From Desulfobacterales bacterium (lineage in GTDB: Bacteria; Desulfobacterota; Desulfobacteria; Desulfobacterales; JAHEIW01), in contig JASFIV010000003.1 of assembly GCA_050122475.1 (NCBI GenBank), positions 1 to 55,137 on the forward strand: a stretch of DNA of 55,137 nt. Reading direction: 5' to 3'. The notes under the pieces are model-generated. The model saw only the letters and a program-made list of their open reading frames with translations. It did no database searches and had not been told where the DNA came from. Position 1 is the stretch's first letter, and each line of letters opens with the position of its first letter. Positions 28,619-37,785 of this stretch are shown in pieces. The translations under genes and the position numbers were made by a program.

Positions 28619-29152
28619 TTAAAAGCTATTCGCCCTGAACAGTTCACCTTTTTGGTGGAGCGCTTTGATAAACAGGGCAATCTCTTCAGCGCCGTCAGCA
28701 ACGCGGGTATAGCAGCGTTCGTGCTCCTTGGACGCATGAAATGCCAGCGCCGCGTTTAGATCGGTAAAGTCCACACCGGTTAACTCTTTACAGGAATGGC
28801 TACCGATCCTGGCATTCAGCCTGCCGATGAGTTCCTGCCCGGGGATGGCAATCGGAAAAACCCCGTCCAGGCCTTCTTCGATGTTTTGGCGACCGATTAA
28901 AAGCCCCAGGACCATCATGCCGGCCACATGAACGCCGCAGGTATAAGAGGACAGCATGCCGCCTAAAAAGGCAGTGGCAGATCGCGTCACCAGGGGCTCG
29001 TGCAGGCCCCATTCCTGCATAAATGCATCCACAATCACCTGGGTACAGCCGTCATAGCGTTTCATGTTTTCAAAGGCTTTTTCTCTGATGCGTGCAATCC
29101 ACTCATCTCCATCCGGCAAGACAATCTCCGGGGACACTATTTTGGTATTCAA
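28619..29152 (-). CDS. C-GCAxxG-C-C family putative redox protein
   Basis: GCTQ..FLGGM..TCGVHVAG..GSHSCKELTG..CY pattern; TTG start after GGAGG. Confidence 0.82.
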   Translation of the reverse strand: MNTKIVSPEIVLPDGDEWIARIREKAFENMKRYDGCTQVIVDAFMQEWGLHEPLVTRSATAFLGGMLSSYTCGVHVAGMMVLGLLIGRQNIEEGLDGVFPIAIPGQELIGRLNARIGSHSCKELTGVDFTDLNAALAFHASKEHERCYTRVADGAEEIALFIKALHQKGELFRANSF

Positions 29153-29186
29153 TTTCTACCCTCCCTAATCTTTTTATTTAGCTTTT

Positions 29187-29213
29187 CTTTGCGGCTTTGC
29201 GGCTTTGCGTGAG
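29187..29213. repeat. Half copy of the 9-mer repeat (CTTTGCGG x2, CTTTGCGTGAG)
   Basis: Same end as 24663-24689. Confidence 0.55.
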
Positions 29214-29215
29214 AC

Positions 29216-30019
29216 CTAAATCGGTTTCCTCGCTTCGATCGTAGCCGAGGTCACATAGTCCTCCAGGTTCCGACCCGGAAACCACTCCCGGATACTGTCA
29301 CGGCTCTCAACCTTGGGCTGAATCTTGATATCTTCAAAGCCGGCTTCGGCGAGCATCGATTCAATAACGTCAATTTCTTCGGTGCCCCCGACACAGCCGG
29401 ATATCAGCGATAGATCGTTTTTAATGTCAGCCGGCAGGGTCTGCAGGGCGACTACATCCAGAATCGCCAGGCGGCCACCGGGTCTGAGCACCCGCATGGC
29501 TTCGCGGAAAACGTTCATTTTTTCAGGGGAAAGATTGATCACGCAGTTGGAGATAATCACATCCACGCTGGCATCGGGCACCGGCAGGTGCTCGATCTCT
29601 CCCAACCGGAACTCCACATTTTCGGTGCCCAGCTTTACGGCATTTTGGCGGGCCTTGCTGACCATGTCGGCCGTCATATCCACACCAATAATGCGGCCGG
29701 ATTCCCCCACTGATTTAGCCGCCAGAAAGCAATCAAAACCGCCGCCGCTGCCCAGATCTAGAACCGTCTCGCCGGGTTTCAAGGAAGCAATGGCCTGGGG
29801 ATTGCCGCAGCCCAGCCCCATGTTGGCACCTTCGGGGGCGCTTTCCAGCTGCTCTTTGGTATATCCGAAGGCCTGTGACATTTTTTCAATGGATACCGGG
29901 TTCGCTCCGCAGCAGTCTGAAAGGGCATCGCAGCCGCAGTCGGAAGTTTTTTGACTGGCAATTTCACCGTATCGGCTTCTGACCGCTTGGCGAATTTCAT
30001 CTGAATTTTTCGTTTTCAT
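29216..30019 (-). CDS. arsM: Arsenite S-adenosylmethyltransferase
   Basis: N-terminal CC, GLGCGNP, VLDLGSGGGFDC, ISNCVINLS and GCVGG motifs; downstream of arsR. Confidence 0.92.
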   Translation of the reverse strand: MKTKNSDEIRQAVRSRYGEIASQKTSDCGCDALSDCCGANPVSIEKMSQAFGYTKEQLESAPEGANMGLGCGNPQAIASLKPGETVLDLGSGGGFDCFLAAKSVGESGRIIGVDMTADMVSKARQNAVKLGTENVEFRLGEIEHLPVPDASVDVIISNCVINLSPEKMNVFREAMRVLRPGGRLAILDVVALQTLPADIKNDLSLISGCVGGTEEIDVIESMLAEAGFEDIKIQPKVESRDSIREWFPGRNLEDYVTSATIEARKPI

Positions 30020-30044
30020 TTATTGTATCCTTTCTTTTTAATAT

Positions 30045-30064
30045 TTCGACAACTATCGAATTAT
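30045..30064. promoter_or_regulatory. Putative ArsR operator upstream of arsM
   Basis: TTCGACAACTATCGAATTAT, near-identical to 30396-30415; TTCGA-N6-TCGAA palindrome. Confidence 0.7.
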
Positions 30065-30088
30065 TTATCCAAAAAAATTTTAATCCTG

Positions 30089-30403
30089 TTAAAATGAAAA
30101 AAAATATTTCAATTCATCCAATATTTCCGGGTCCACCCAGCACTCGATGTTCTGCCCCCGGCGCTGGGTTTTAATCAACCCTACCTGTCGTAACTCTTTA
30201 ATATGATGAGAAACCGTGGACGGAACGATATCCAGATCCTTGCCGATATCGCCCACACAGGCAGTATTGTCGGGCTCAAATATACCAATAGTGCCCGGCT
30301 TACAGCAGGTGGCCAGACTGAAGAAAATTTTTAGCCGGTTAGGGTTGGACAGCGCCTTAAAGATAGAGGCGTAGCGATTAAATTTGTTTTCATTATTCGA
30401 CAT
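30089..30403 (-). CDS. arsR: ArsR/SmtB family repressor
   Basis: FKALSNPNRLKI, TCC, ACVGDI and STVSHHIKELRQVGLI motifs. Confidence 0.9.
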   Translation of the reverse strand: MSNNENKFNRYASIFKALSNPNRLKIFFSLATCCKPGTIGIFEPDNTACVGDIGKDLDIVPSTVSHHIKELRQVGLIKTQRRGQNIECWVDPEILDELKYFFSF

Positions 30404-30438
30404 ATATCGAATTATAAAACAAATAAATTTTTTGTCAA
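30396..30438 (-). promoter_or_regulatory. arsR sigma70 promoter with overlapping operator
   Basis: TTGACA (30438-30433)-16 bp-TATAAT (30416-30411), 7 nt before the ATG; palindrome TTCGACATATATCGAA at 30396-30411. Confidence 0.8.
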
Positions 30439-30456
30439 CAACTTTTTCAATTTTTT

Positions 30457-30690
30457 TTAGTTGCGCAGAATTTCTAACAGCTGCTGCTCTTTCCGTTTGC
30501 CGATAATATACTGGTATATGGACATGGGCAGGCAGGTGAAGGTAAATACAATTGAAAAAAGCAAGCCCCAGAATGAGGACAGGATGGCCTTGGCGATTTT
30601 GCTGCCCGGACCGACATAGGCCGGTTGAACAAAGATAAAGGCAATGATCAGTAATGTCAGACCGACACCCAAAAGTCTGTTCTTATTCAT
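30457..30690 (-). CDS. Short membrane ORF, possibly a truncated N-terminal fragment
   Basis: Signal-like N-terminus then GPGSKIAK..FWG and one TM; ends at the ars promoter. Confidence 0.4.
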   Translation of the reverse strand: MNKNRLLGVGLTLLIIAFIFVQPAYVGPGSKIAKAILSSFWGLLFSIVFTFTCLPMSIYQYIIGKRKEQQLLEILRN

Positions 30691-30871
30691 AATCCCCCCC
30701 GACTGCAAACTACTCCAATATGTGAGCAAAAATTATACCATCAACCATAAGGAATAATTTTATAATGTAATTACAAATAGATAGAACTTTGCTGGAAAAT
30801 GGGCGGGAGGGGATATGTCAAATATTGTCAGCGATCGCAGCAATAAATGTCAGCCACCATTTTGAGGGTGT

Positions 30872-31336
30872 TTATCGCAGGCTTTTTTCATGGTCCAGCA
30901 GCCACTGTTTGCGCCAGATGCCGCCGCCGAATCCGACCAGTTTACCGTCGCTGCCGATCACGCGGTGACAGGGAATAATCACGGGCACCGGGTTTTTATT
31001 GTTGGCGTTGCCTACTGCTCGAAAGGCCTTGGGGCGGCCAATGGCGCGGGCCACATCACCGTAGGAGGCGGTCTGACCAAAAGGAATTTTTTTTAGCTGC
31101 CGCCAGACGGCTTTTTGAAAATCGGTTCCTTCCAGAAGTAGCGTTACGGTGAATTTGCGGCGTCGGCCTTTAAAATATTCATCCAGCTGCTGGATGCAAT
31201 CTTTCATACAGGCTGGCAGGTTGCGATCCATTACGGATGGCGCTTTGTTAAAGGTAATCGTCAAAATGCCTTTCTGAGTCCCGACGATTTCAAAAGGCCC
31301 GATTTCAGACCGGTAGCACGTGGTGTATGTTTGCAC
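30872..31336 (-). CDS. ogt: Methylated-DNA-protein-cysteine methyltransferase
   Basis: GTDFQKAVW, RAVGNAN and IPCHRVIG motifs; GTG start after AAGGAG. Confidence 0.92.
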   Translation of the reverse strand: MQTYTTCYRSEIGPFEIVGTQKGILTITFNKAPSVMDRNLPACMKDCIQQLDEYFKGRRRKFTVTLLLEGTDFQKAVWRQLKKIPFGQTASYGDVARAIGRPKAFRAVGNANNKNPVPVIIPCHRVIGSDGKLVGFGGGIWRKQWLLDHEKSLR

Positions 31337-31382
31337 AAATTTCTCCTTTGCAATGCGGAATTGCTTGATGATTACGCAATGG

Positions 31383-31500
31383 CTCACGCAAACCCGCCCG
31401 CCTCGCCCTGCTCGCATGGCGGGTATGTTTGCGGGCTGGGGCCGCTAAGCCGCAAAGAATCCTGGGCTTAAAATTAAAAGCTCTTGGCGCCTTTGCGAGA
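31383..31500. repeat. Palindromic repeat related to 24465-24689
   Basis: CTCACGCAAACCCGCCCGCCTCGCC..TCGCATGGCGGG start; CTTTGCGAGA end. Confidence 0.68.
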
Positions 31501-31504
31501 AGAT

Positions 31505-32872
31505 TCAGACTTCCTCCCCTTCCTTGAGCGGGGTGTGACCGATTCCCGGCCAAATCCTCACCATTCCTAAGGCGGCCCGCAGGGTAATCCACAATGCGGT
31601 AATCAGCCAGATCCAGGTCAGGGCGCCGGATGCCGTTTCATCGAGCAGATAAATCGCGGCCGCACCGAAGGTCGTTGCCGCTATCATGACGTTGCGCAAG
31701 AAACGGAAATCGCCGGTTCCCCAGTGGATTCCATCGGTGGCAAATGCCAGGGCGTTGATGGGTTGACTAATAACCGCCACCAGCCAGGCGGAAAAAAAAA
31801 TTTTTGTCGCCGACGGCGGCAGCAACAGCCGCATAATCCAACTCTGCCCTAGCAACATGCCTGCACTCAAAAAAATACCGGTGGCCAGGCTCCAAACACA
31901 TACCAGCCGGGCCACACGCCGCGCCTGCTCCAGGCGGCCGGGGCCCAAAAAATAACCAATCAGGCTTTGCCCGGTGATGGCAAAGGCATCCAGAAAAAGC
32001 GCGGTAAACGCCCACACCTGCCGGATCGCCTGGTGGGCAGCCCCGGCATCTGCTCCGATGCGGGTGGCCGCCCGGGTGGTAAAAATAAAAAAAGCGGTCA
32101 GCAGACCGGTGCGCACAAACAGGTCACGCCCGATTTGAAACAGTTTTAGAATATCCCCCATCCGGAAACGATTTGGAGCTCCCAGACGGCGCAAGACCAC
32201 CACCGTGACCCAGAGGGCGCCCACCCACTGGCTGATGACACTGGCCAGTCCTGCACCGAAAACGCCCAGACGCGGAAACGGTCCGTAACCAAAAATGAGC
32301 AGCGGATCTAAAATGATGTTTAAAAGGTTAATGCTGACAGCCACCCAGAAAGGGGTGCGCATATCCTGTAATCCCCTGAGAATACCGAAGACCGCCAGGC
32401 TGACCAGGACCGCCGGAGCCCCGAACAGGCGTACCTGTATATATTGGGAAGCAAATTCATGGACAGCACCCGTGGCGCCCATTACAGAAGATATGTGAGG
32501 TACCAGCGGCAGACCGCCGAGCATCATGAGAGCGCCGATGACCACGCTTAATGCAATGGCAAGACCTCCGATTTCAGCAGCCCGTTTTGATTCCTCCCGT
32601 CCATAAGACTGGGCCACTTCGGTCTGGGTCCCGATGCCTAAAAAATTAAAAACCCAGAAAATACTTGAAAGCGCGACTGTTCCGGCACCCAGTGCAGCCA
32701 GGGACTCTGCGCCCAGGCGCGCGACAAAAGCGGTATCCACCAGACCCGTAAATGGCTCTGCAACCAGTGACAAAAGCACCGGCAAAGACATGCCCAGCAA
32801 GGTCTTATGTGGTGACTTAACAAAAGGATGATCATTTTTTAGGTTGTTTTCGATCTTCACGCTGCGATCCAC
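31505..32872 (-). CDS. MATE family efflux transporter (DinF-like)
   Basis: EPFTGLVDTAFVARLG, GILRGLQDMRTP and NIILDPLLIFG motifs. Confidence 0.92.
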   Translation of the reverse strand: MDRSVKIENNLKNDHPFVKSPHKTLLGMSLPVLLSLVAEPFTGLVDTAFVARLGAESLAALGAGTVALSSIFWVFNFLGIGTQTEVAQSYGREESKRAAEIGGLAIALSVVIGALMMLGGLPLVPHISSVMGATGAVHEFASQYIQVRLFGAPAVLVSLAVFGILRGLQDMRTPFWVAVSINLLNIILDPLLIFGYGPFPRLGVFGAGLASVISQWVGALWVTVVVLRRLGAPNRFRMGDILKLFQIGRDLFVRTGLLTAFFIFTTRAATRIGADAGAAHQAIRQVWAFTALFLDAFAITGQSLIGYFLGPGRLEQARRVARLVCVWSLATGIFLSAGMLLGQSWIMRLLLPPSATKIFFSAWLVAVISQPINALAFATDGIHWGTGDFRFLRNVMIAATTFGAAAIYLLDETASGALTWIWLITALWITLRAALGMVRIWPGIGHTPLKEGEEV

Positions 32873-33144
32873 CAGATACCTTTGAAGGGGTTACAATCAC
32901 ATTAATATTCTGTGTTCCTTGCTTTTGATTCGTTACAAGTTTTCAGTGATAAATAAAATCGCCTGTGGGAGCAATAAAATAAATTCATTTGGCCGTTAAA
33001 ATAATGAAACCTGGGGTTGTAAAGCCCGGACCGGGTCTGTTATTGTGTACTGCAAAATGACGATAAACGGATTTAAATATAACCTATTTTACTTCCAATT
33101 GAGTGTCGTAGCAGGTTAACTTAACGGGCGGAAAGGGCAAGCCA

Positions 33145-34227
33145 ATGGACGAGCCAAAAGAAGTCACGATCCAGAATTACAAAGGATGGGAAGACTTTTA
33201 TAAGATCGAAAAAAGCGCAAAACTGGATTTTTTCATGCGCGACGGGCGCATGCTGGATATTTTATTTTCCCAGCAGTTTGACCGGAAGTTTCTGGATAAT
33301 ATGTGCCAGCTGGCTACCCAGATCCGGCGCATGGCCCTGACCAAAGTGGGCGCCCGCAAATTGAGCGGCCTGCTGTCTCACAAGCGCGCCATGCTGTATT
33401 TCGTGCAGCCCTCCACGCGCACCTTTATATCCTTTTTAAATGCCTGCCATATCCTTGGGATGAAGATATCAGAAATCCGTGGCACCACCACCAGCTCGGA
33501 AGTCAAAGGCGAATCACAGGAGGACACCATTCGCACCTTTGCCAGCTACGTCAATTTGATCATCATCCGGCATCCCGAAGCCGGATTTGCCGAAAAAACC
33601 GCCTGGCTGCTGAATCAAAACAACCTGCCGGTGGCCATTATCAATGGGGGCTCCGGGCCCGATCAGCACCCCACCCAGGCCCTGCTGGATATCTACACCC
33701 TGGAGCGCTCGTTTCGCAATATCGGCGGGACGGACGGTAAAAAAATTGCCATGGTCGGAGACTTGAAACGCGGCCGCACCGTGCGCTCGCTCAGCTATCT
33801 GATGCGAAATTATAAAGATGTCACTCTGTATTTTGTGGCCCCGGAAGTCTTTCGCATGAAAGATGATATTAAAAGCTTTCTCAACAAGCATCATATCGAA
33901 TTCCACGAAACCGATGATTTTGCCAGTGTCATGCCGCATGTGGATGCCATCTACATGACCCGCATTCAAAAAGAATATGCCGAAGCGCCTGCAGAAGAAA
34001 GCGATGTTTACCCGGAGTTTCATTTCACCAGAGAGCATCTCTCTGTGATCCAATCCCATTGCATCATCATGCACCCGCTGCCGCGCCGCTATGAAATCGA
34101 GATCGAAGTCGATAAAGACCCGCGCGCCGTTTACTGGAAACAGGAGCGCAACGGTATGTGGATGCGGGCCGCACTCATTTCGTACCTTTTCGGCGTGGAT
34201 GATGAAATTGCGGCCGAATACCGCTAA
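33145..34227 (+). CDS. pyrB: Aspartate carbamoyltransferase catalytic subunit
   Basis: PSTRT, KGES, HPTQALLD, GDLKRGRTVRS, YMTRIQKE and HPLPR motifs. Confidence 0.93.
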   Translation: MDEPKEVTIQNYKGWEDFYKIEKSAKLDFFMRDGRMLDILFSQQFDRKFLDNMCQLATQIRRMALTKVGARKLSGLLSHKRAMLYFVQPSTRTFISFLNACHILGMKISEIRGTTTSSEVKGESQEDTIRTFASYVNLIIIRHPEAGFAEKTAWLLNQNNLPVAIINGGSGPDQHPTQALLDIYTLERSFRNIGGTDGKKIAMVGDLKRGRTVRSLSYLMRNYKDVTLYFVAPEVFRMKDDIKSFLNKHHIEFHETDDFASVMPHVDAIYMTRIQKEYAEAPAEESDVYPEFHFTREHLSVIQSHCIIMHPLPRRYEIEIEVDKDPRAVYWKQERNGMWMRAALISYLFGVDDEIAAEYR

Positions 34228-34367
34228 TAACATCTATCGAGCTGTTCTATTCGGTAAAATGGACGCCCTCCAAAAAATTGTGATAATTGATGGAGATATC
34301 CACTGGTTTATGATTTAGCTTTACTCTCAAATTTTATGAAATTTTTATCATCCGGGGAGACAAGGCT

Positions 34368-34742
34368 ATGCTCGACCAAGTGCTACTTTACGCAGGTTCG
34401 TCATTTATTGCATTTTGGGGAACTGCCCATCTGTTTCCAACCAAGTCGGTTGTCGCAGGTTTTGGGGATATATCCGTTGATAACAGGCGCATCATAACAA
34501 TGGAATGGATCGTTGAGGGTGTCGCTCTTATTTTTATGGGAGCGATGAATGCGATCGTGACTGCTATCGATCACACCAGCTCAATTTCTCTGGCAATATA
34601 TTTTAGTTCAGCTGTTGCGCTGATTTCTTTGGCTGTGGTTTCATTTTTCACGGGATTTAAGATCAATTTTCTGCCATACAAACTCTGCCCGGTGATTTTC
34701 ACTACATCTGCTGTGCTGATAATGCTTGGCGCGCTGCTATAG
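34368..34742 (+). CDS. Hypothetical membrane protein
   Basis: Four hydrophobic segments; GGAG RBS. Confidence 0.75.
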   Translation: MLDQVLLYAGSSFIAFWGTAHLFPTKSVVAGFGDISVDNRRIITMEWIVEGVALIFMGAMNAIVTAIDHTSSISLAIYFSSAVALISLAVVSFFTGFKINFLPYKLCPVIFTTSAVLIMLGALL

Positions 34743-34902
34743 GCGTTATTGGGAAGATCGTTACCATTTCAAAATATGGCAATGGCGAATACGGTGGACT
34801 TGCTTTGCAGCCGGTATATTGAACGAGAAGATCAGATGATCACCGGAATACAAACAGCATGCCGGTGACCTGGACGACTTTTTTCACCCGAAGTAATCCG
34901 CA

Positions 34903-35136
34903 TTAAATCTTATAGACTCTCTTCGGGCCGGTCGTCTCTTCGCGGGGCAAACGGGAAGCATGTTGCGCACTTGAACGATCACCTTTTTTTGCTTTTAACC
35001 GGGGCAGAATCCGTAGCAAAAGAAAAATGATCACAAATCCGATTAAGCTGAAGCCGATGAAGATCAAATTGTTCAAAGCGTCAACCCTTCTGAAAGTATA
35101 TGAATTTGCGATGACCTGTAAAAAAGGGGGCACCAC
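34903..35136 (-). CDS. Small hypothetical protein, one TM
   Basis: Hydrophobic stretch followed by a basic tail; start uncertain. Confidence 0.4.
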   Translation of the reverse strand: MVPPFLQVIANSYTFRRVDALNNLIFIGFSLIGFVIIFLLLRILPRLKAKKGDRSSAQHASRLPREETTGPKRVYKI

Positions 35137-35371
35137 TATGAACTGCCCCCCTTTTTAAGGATGTACGTCTCATCAAGACTCTCACAAACTACCCAATATT
35201 ATAACATAAATAAGCAACTAAATAAAGTCTCTTACCTGATTCTTTCACTGATCACCACCAGGTAAAAAACAGCGCATGCGCATTTTCACACCTAGCGCTG
35301 CTGTTCGGTCTCTTTTTTCAATTCTAAAGTATTTCTTGCAGATGCCAATAAGTTACTTAAGGGTTCTTAAA

Positions 35372-35656
35372 ATGAAACTATTTTTACTCATACTGGGCAT
35401 CGTGGTGCTGGCCTTAAACGTATTTTTGTGGTACTGGAAAAAACGCAGCGGCGCTGCAGACAATCGTAAGTCACCGAATAATCAAAAGAAATCGAATGCT
35501 TCAAAGACCGATTCGGCCGATTTTTTAAACACACCGGCCGCCGATGAATTAAAACAGGCTGCGGCCGCCGAACTGGGGATACCGGTTGAAAAACTGAATC
35601 GTATGTCTGTTGAGGAGATCGCCCATTTAGCAGCTGAAAAAGGATTGATCAATTAA
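35372..35656 (+). CDS. Hypothetical protein with N-terminal TM anchor
   Basis: MKLFLLILGIVVLALNVFLWYWKK followed by a helical C-terminus. Confidence 0.6.
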   Translation: MKLFLLILGIVVLALNVFLWYWKKRSGAADNRKSPNNQKKSNASKTDSADFLNTPAADELKQAAAAELGIPVEKLNRMSVEEIAHLAAEKGLIN

Positions 35657-35698
35657 GCAAAAATCCGATTAACATAGCTGGATCTTTACTGAAAAATG

Positions 35699-35750
35699 AA
35701 AAAGGGCCTTGTTTGACATTTAGATGGGTGTCACGCAGGGCCTTTTTTTT
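35699..35750. terminator. Hairpin with flanking A/T runs
   Basis: AAAAAGGGCCTTG..TGACA..TGTCA..CAGGGCCTTTTTTTT. Confidence 0.55.
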
Positions 35751-35852
35751 ATCAGTAGATTGTAAGATTAACTTGACTAAATCATTCCTCATGATGATAT
35801 TTCCTTATCACTTACTTACCCATCTACCTCTGTATTCAAAAAAGCGAATGCC

Positions 35853-36335
35853 ATGAAAACATTAATAAATCGTAAAGGCAAATTCCGGCAGGCTATCGGT
35901 TTTTCTTTGGTGATTCTTGTTGTTCTTATGGGTTGCGCGGCTCAAAATTACGGCCGGCTGAACTCAGATAAAGAAGTTACAAAAGCTTTTCAAAACCACA
36001 CGGTCCTACCGGATCACACGTATTACTATAGAGGTTCCCAGAGTCGACCTTTTGTCATCGCCGGCATATACAAAGATTTTGTGCTGGATTCACCGCTCTG
36101 GGTTGAAATTGATCCGAATTCAAAAGATTTCCGCACCCTGATAGATCGCGTATCACTTCAGGGTATGGGCAGCAACGTTCAGCCCTGGGGATTCACGATC
36201 ATAGACAGCGCAGGCCGTGAAATAGGCGTCTGGTATTCAGCCATTCGGGCCGCGGCGGTGGATGTGGATGAAAATGGTCGAATCCTTAATTTATCGCCGC
36301 TAAGAACCGTAACGAGAGGGGATCAAGGCAGATAG
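35853..36335 (+). CDS. Hypothetical lipoprotein
   Basis: Lipobox LMGC after a hydrophobic helix; YYYRGS and IGVWYS motifs. Confidence 0.78.
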   Translation: MKTLINRKGKFRQAIGFSLVILVVLMGCAAQNYGRLNSDKEVTKAFQNHTVLPDHTYYYRGSQSRPFVIAGIYKDFVLDSPLWVEIDPNSKDFRTLIDRVSLQGMGSNVQPWGFTIIDSAGREIGVWYSAIRAAAVDVDENGRILNLSPLRTVTRGDQGR

Positions 36336-36447
36336 ATCTGAATTATCTTAAAAGAATTGTAAATATGAGAAGATCTCTCGTCACATTCAAGAACACCTTT
36401 CAAACAGACCTCACAACTCTAATAAATCAAGCTTGGGCCGGGACAGT

Positions 36448-36828
36448 TTATTCCATTACTTTCGTATAAATGTGCTCATTCCAATGGGGATGGGTATTTT
36501 GATATGCGATCGTGCAGTCTTCATGGTGATCATATACATAAATGTAAATTTTTTGTCCGCATTGGGTAAGGGTCCAAGGATTTATAGGTTCAAAAAAACC
36601 AGCTAAATCATCGGGTGTGATCCGGGTCCTATCGGGTATTGAAAAATAATCGGCAATCGTCGCTGCGATGTTATTGGCATCGGATTCGGCCCATGCACAG
36701 AATTGTTTGGGCCTGTATCGAATATAGCCCGGGATGTACATGGACGCTAAAAAAAATAGCCCAAATGCGATAAGCCCGATTCTGATTATGGTACCGACAT
36801 TTGACTTTGGCTTTTCTTTTTCTTCCAT
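36448..36828 (-). CDS. Hypothetical membrane-anchored, pilin-like protein
   Basis: TM-IPGYIRYR-helix AESDANNIAATIADYF; lacks a prepilin G/FxxxE site. Confidence 0.55.
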   Translation of the reverse strand: MEEKEKPKSNVGTIIRIGLIAFGLFFLASMYIPGYIRYRPKQFCAWAESDANNIAATIADYFSIPDRTRITPDDLAGFFEPINPWTLTQCGQKIYIYVYDHHEDCTIAYQNTHPHWNEHIYTKVME

Positions 36829-37095
36829 AACATTTACTTTCCTGGGGCCGGCTCTTAGGGCAAAATCCGATTATCCCATTATCTTGATCTCTGAAGACTA
36901 GTGCTCATAGATGTTATCGGTTTAATAGAAGAAATTCTTTATAACTTACAAAACCAAAAAGAGATATGGATGCCATATTGATGGTCGCATCTGAGATTTG
37001 GCAGCTTTTTGTTTTTAAAAATATAGTGGCTGTGATATTCTTCGCCCTCACGCTGCTGCACAACAATTTACTTCTTTCAAAGTAAAGGGGACCCA

Positions 37096-37785
37096 ATGAG
37101 CAACAAGCAGCTGCCGAAGAGTAAATTGATCCTAATGATATTGATACGGACTCCTCTATTTTTTGTTATGATGATAGCGATGTTCTTCCTGCCGGCCGGA
37201 AGTTTTTCTTATTGGCATGCATGGGTATATCTGGCGATCATCTTTGTTTCCATGCTTGCTTTTTTAATCTATTTTCTCAAAAACGATCCCGAGCTGTTGG
37301 AACGACGAATGCGGTCGAAAGAAAAGGAAACGGAGCAACGGTTGATCATCGCGATCATGACGGTATGTTTTTTTTTCACCTTTCTGGTTCCGGGCTTTGA
37401 CCAGCGCTTTGGGTGGTCGCGTGTGCCTGTAATAATGGTCATCATTGCTGATATTGTTGTCCTGCTGGGCTATGGTTTTGTCTTTCTGGTCTTAAGAGAA
37501 AATAGCTACGCATCGCGCGTCATTGAGGTGGAAAAGGACCAAGAGGTCATCAGCAGCGGTCCGTACGCAATCGTTCGACACCCCATGTATCTGGGCGTAG
37601 CACTGATGTTCCTCTTTACCCCGCTGGCACTGGGATCCTTTTGGGCCTTAATCCCTGCGGTGCTGATGATCTTTGTTTTAGTGCCCAGAATATTCAACGA
37701 AGAAAAAGTACTGCAAAGGGATTTAGATGGCTACCGGGAATATATGCAAGAAGTGAAGTATCGCCTAATTCCCGGCATCTGGTAG
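37096..37785 (+). CDS. ICMT/PEMT family membrane protein
   Basis: VISSGPYAIVRHPMYLG, RIFNEE and YRLIPGIW motifs. Confidence 0.9.
   Translation: MSNKQLPKSKLILMILIRTPLFFVMMIAMFFLPAGSFSYWHAWVYLAIIFVSMLAFLIYFLKNDPELLERRMRSKEKETEQRLIIAIMTVCFFFTFLVPGFDQRFGWSRVPVIMVIIADIVVLLGYGFVFLVLRENSYASRVIEVEKDQEVISSGPYAIVRHPMYLGVALMFLFTPLALGSFWALIPAVLMIFVLVPRIFNEEKVLQRDLDGYREYMQEVKYRLIPGIW

Noticed and set aside
31337-31417. Cys/His-containing N-terminal extension of Ogt (Ada-like)
   Set aside because: It derives from the intergenic repeat; the RBS supports the GTG start at 31336
37765-37785. 21-bp overlap of convergent ICMT and M28 genes
   Set aside because: Short convergent 3' overlaps are common and both C-termini look intact
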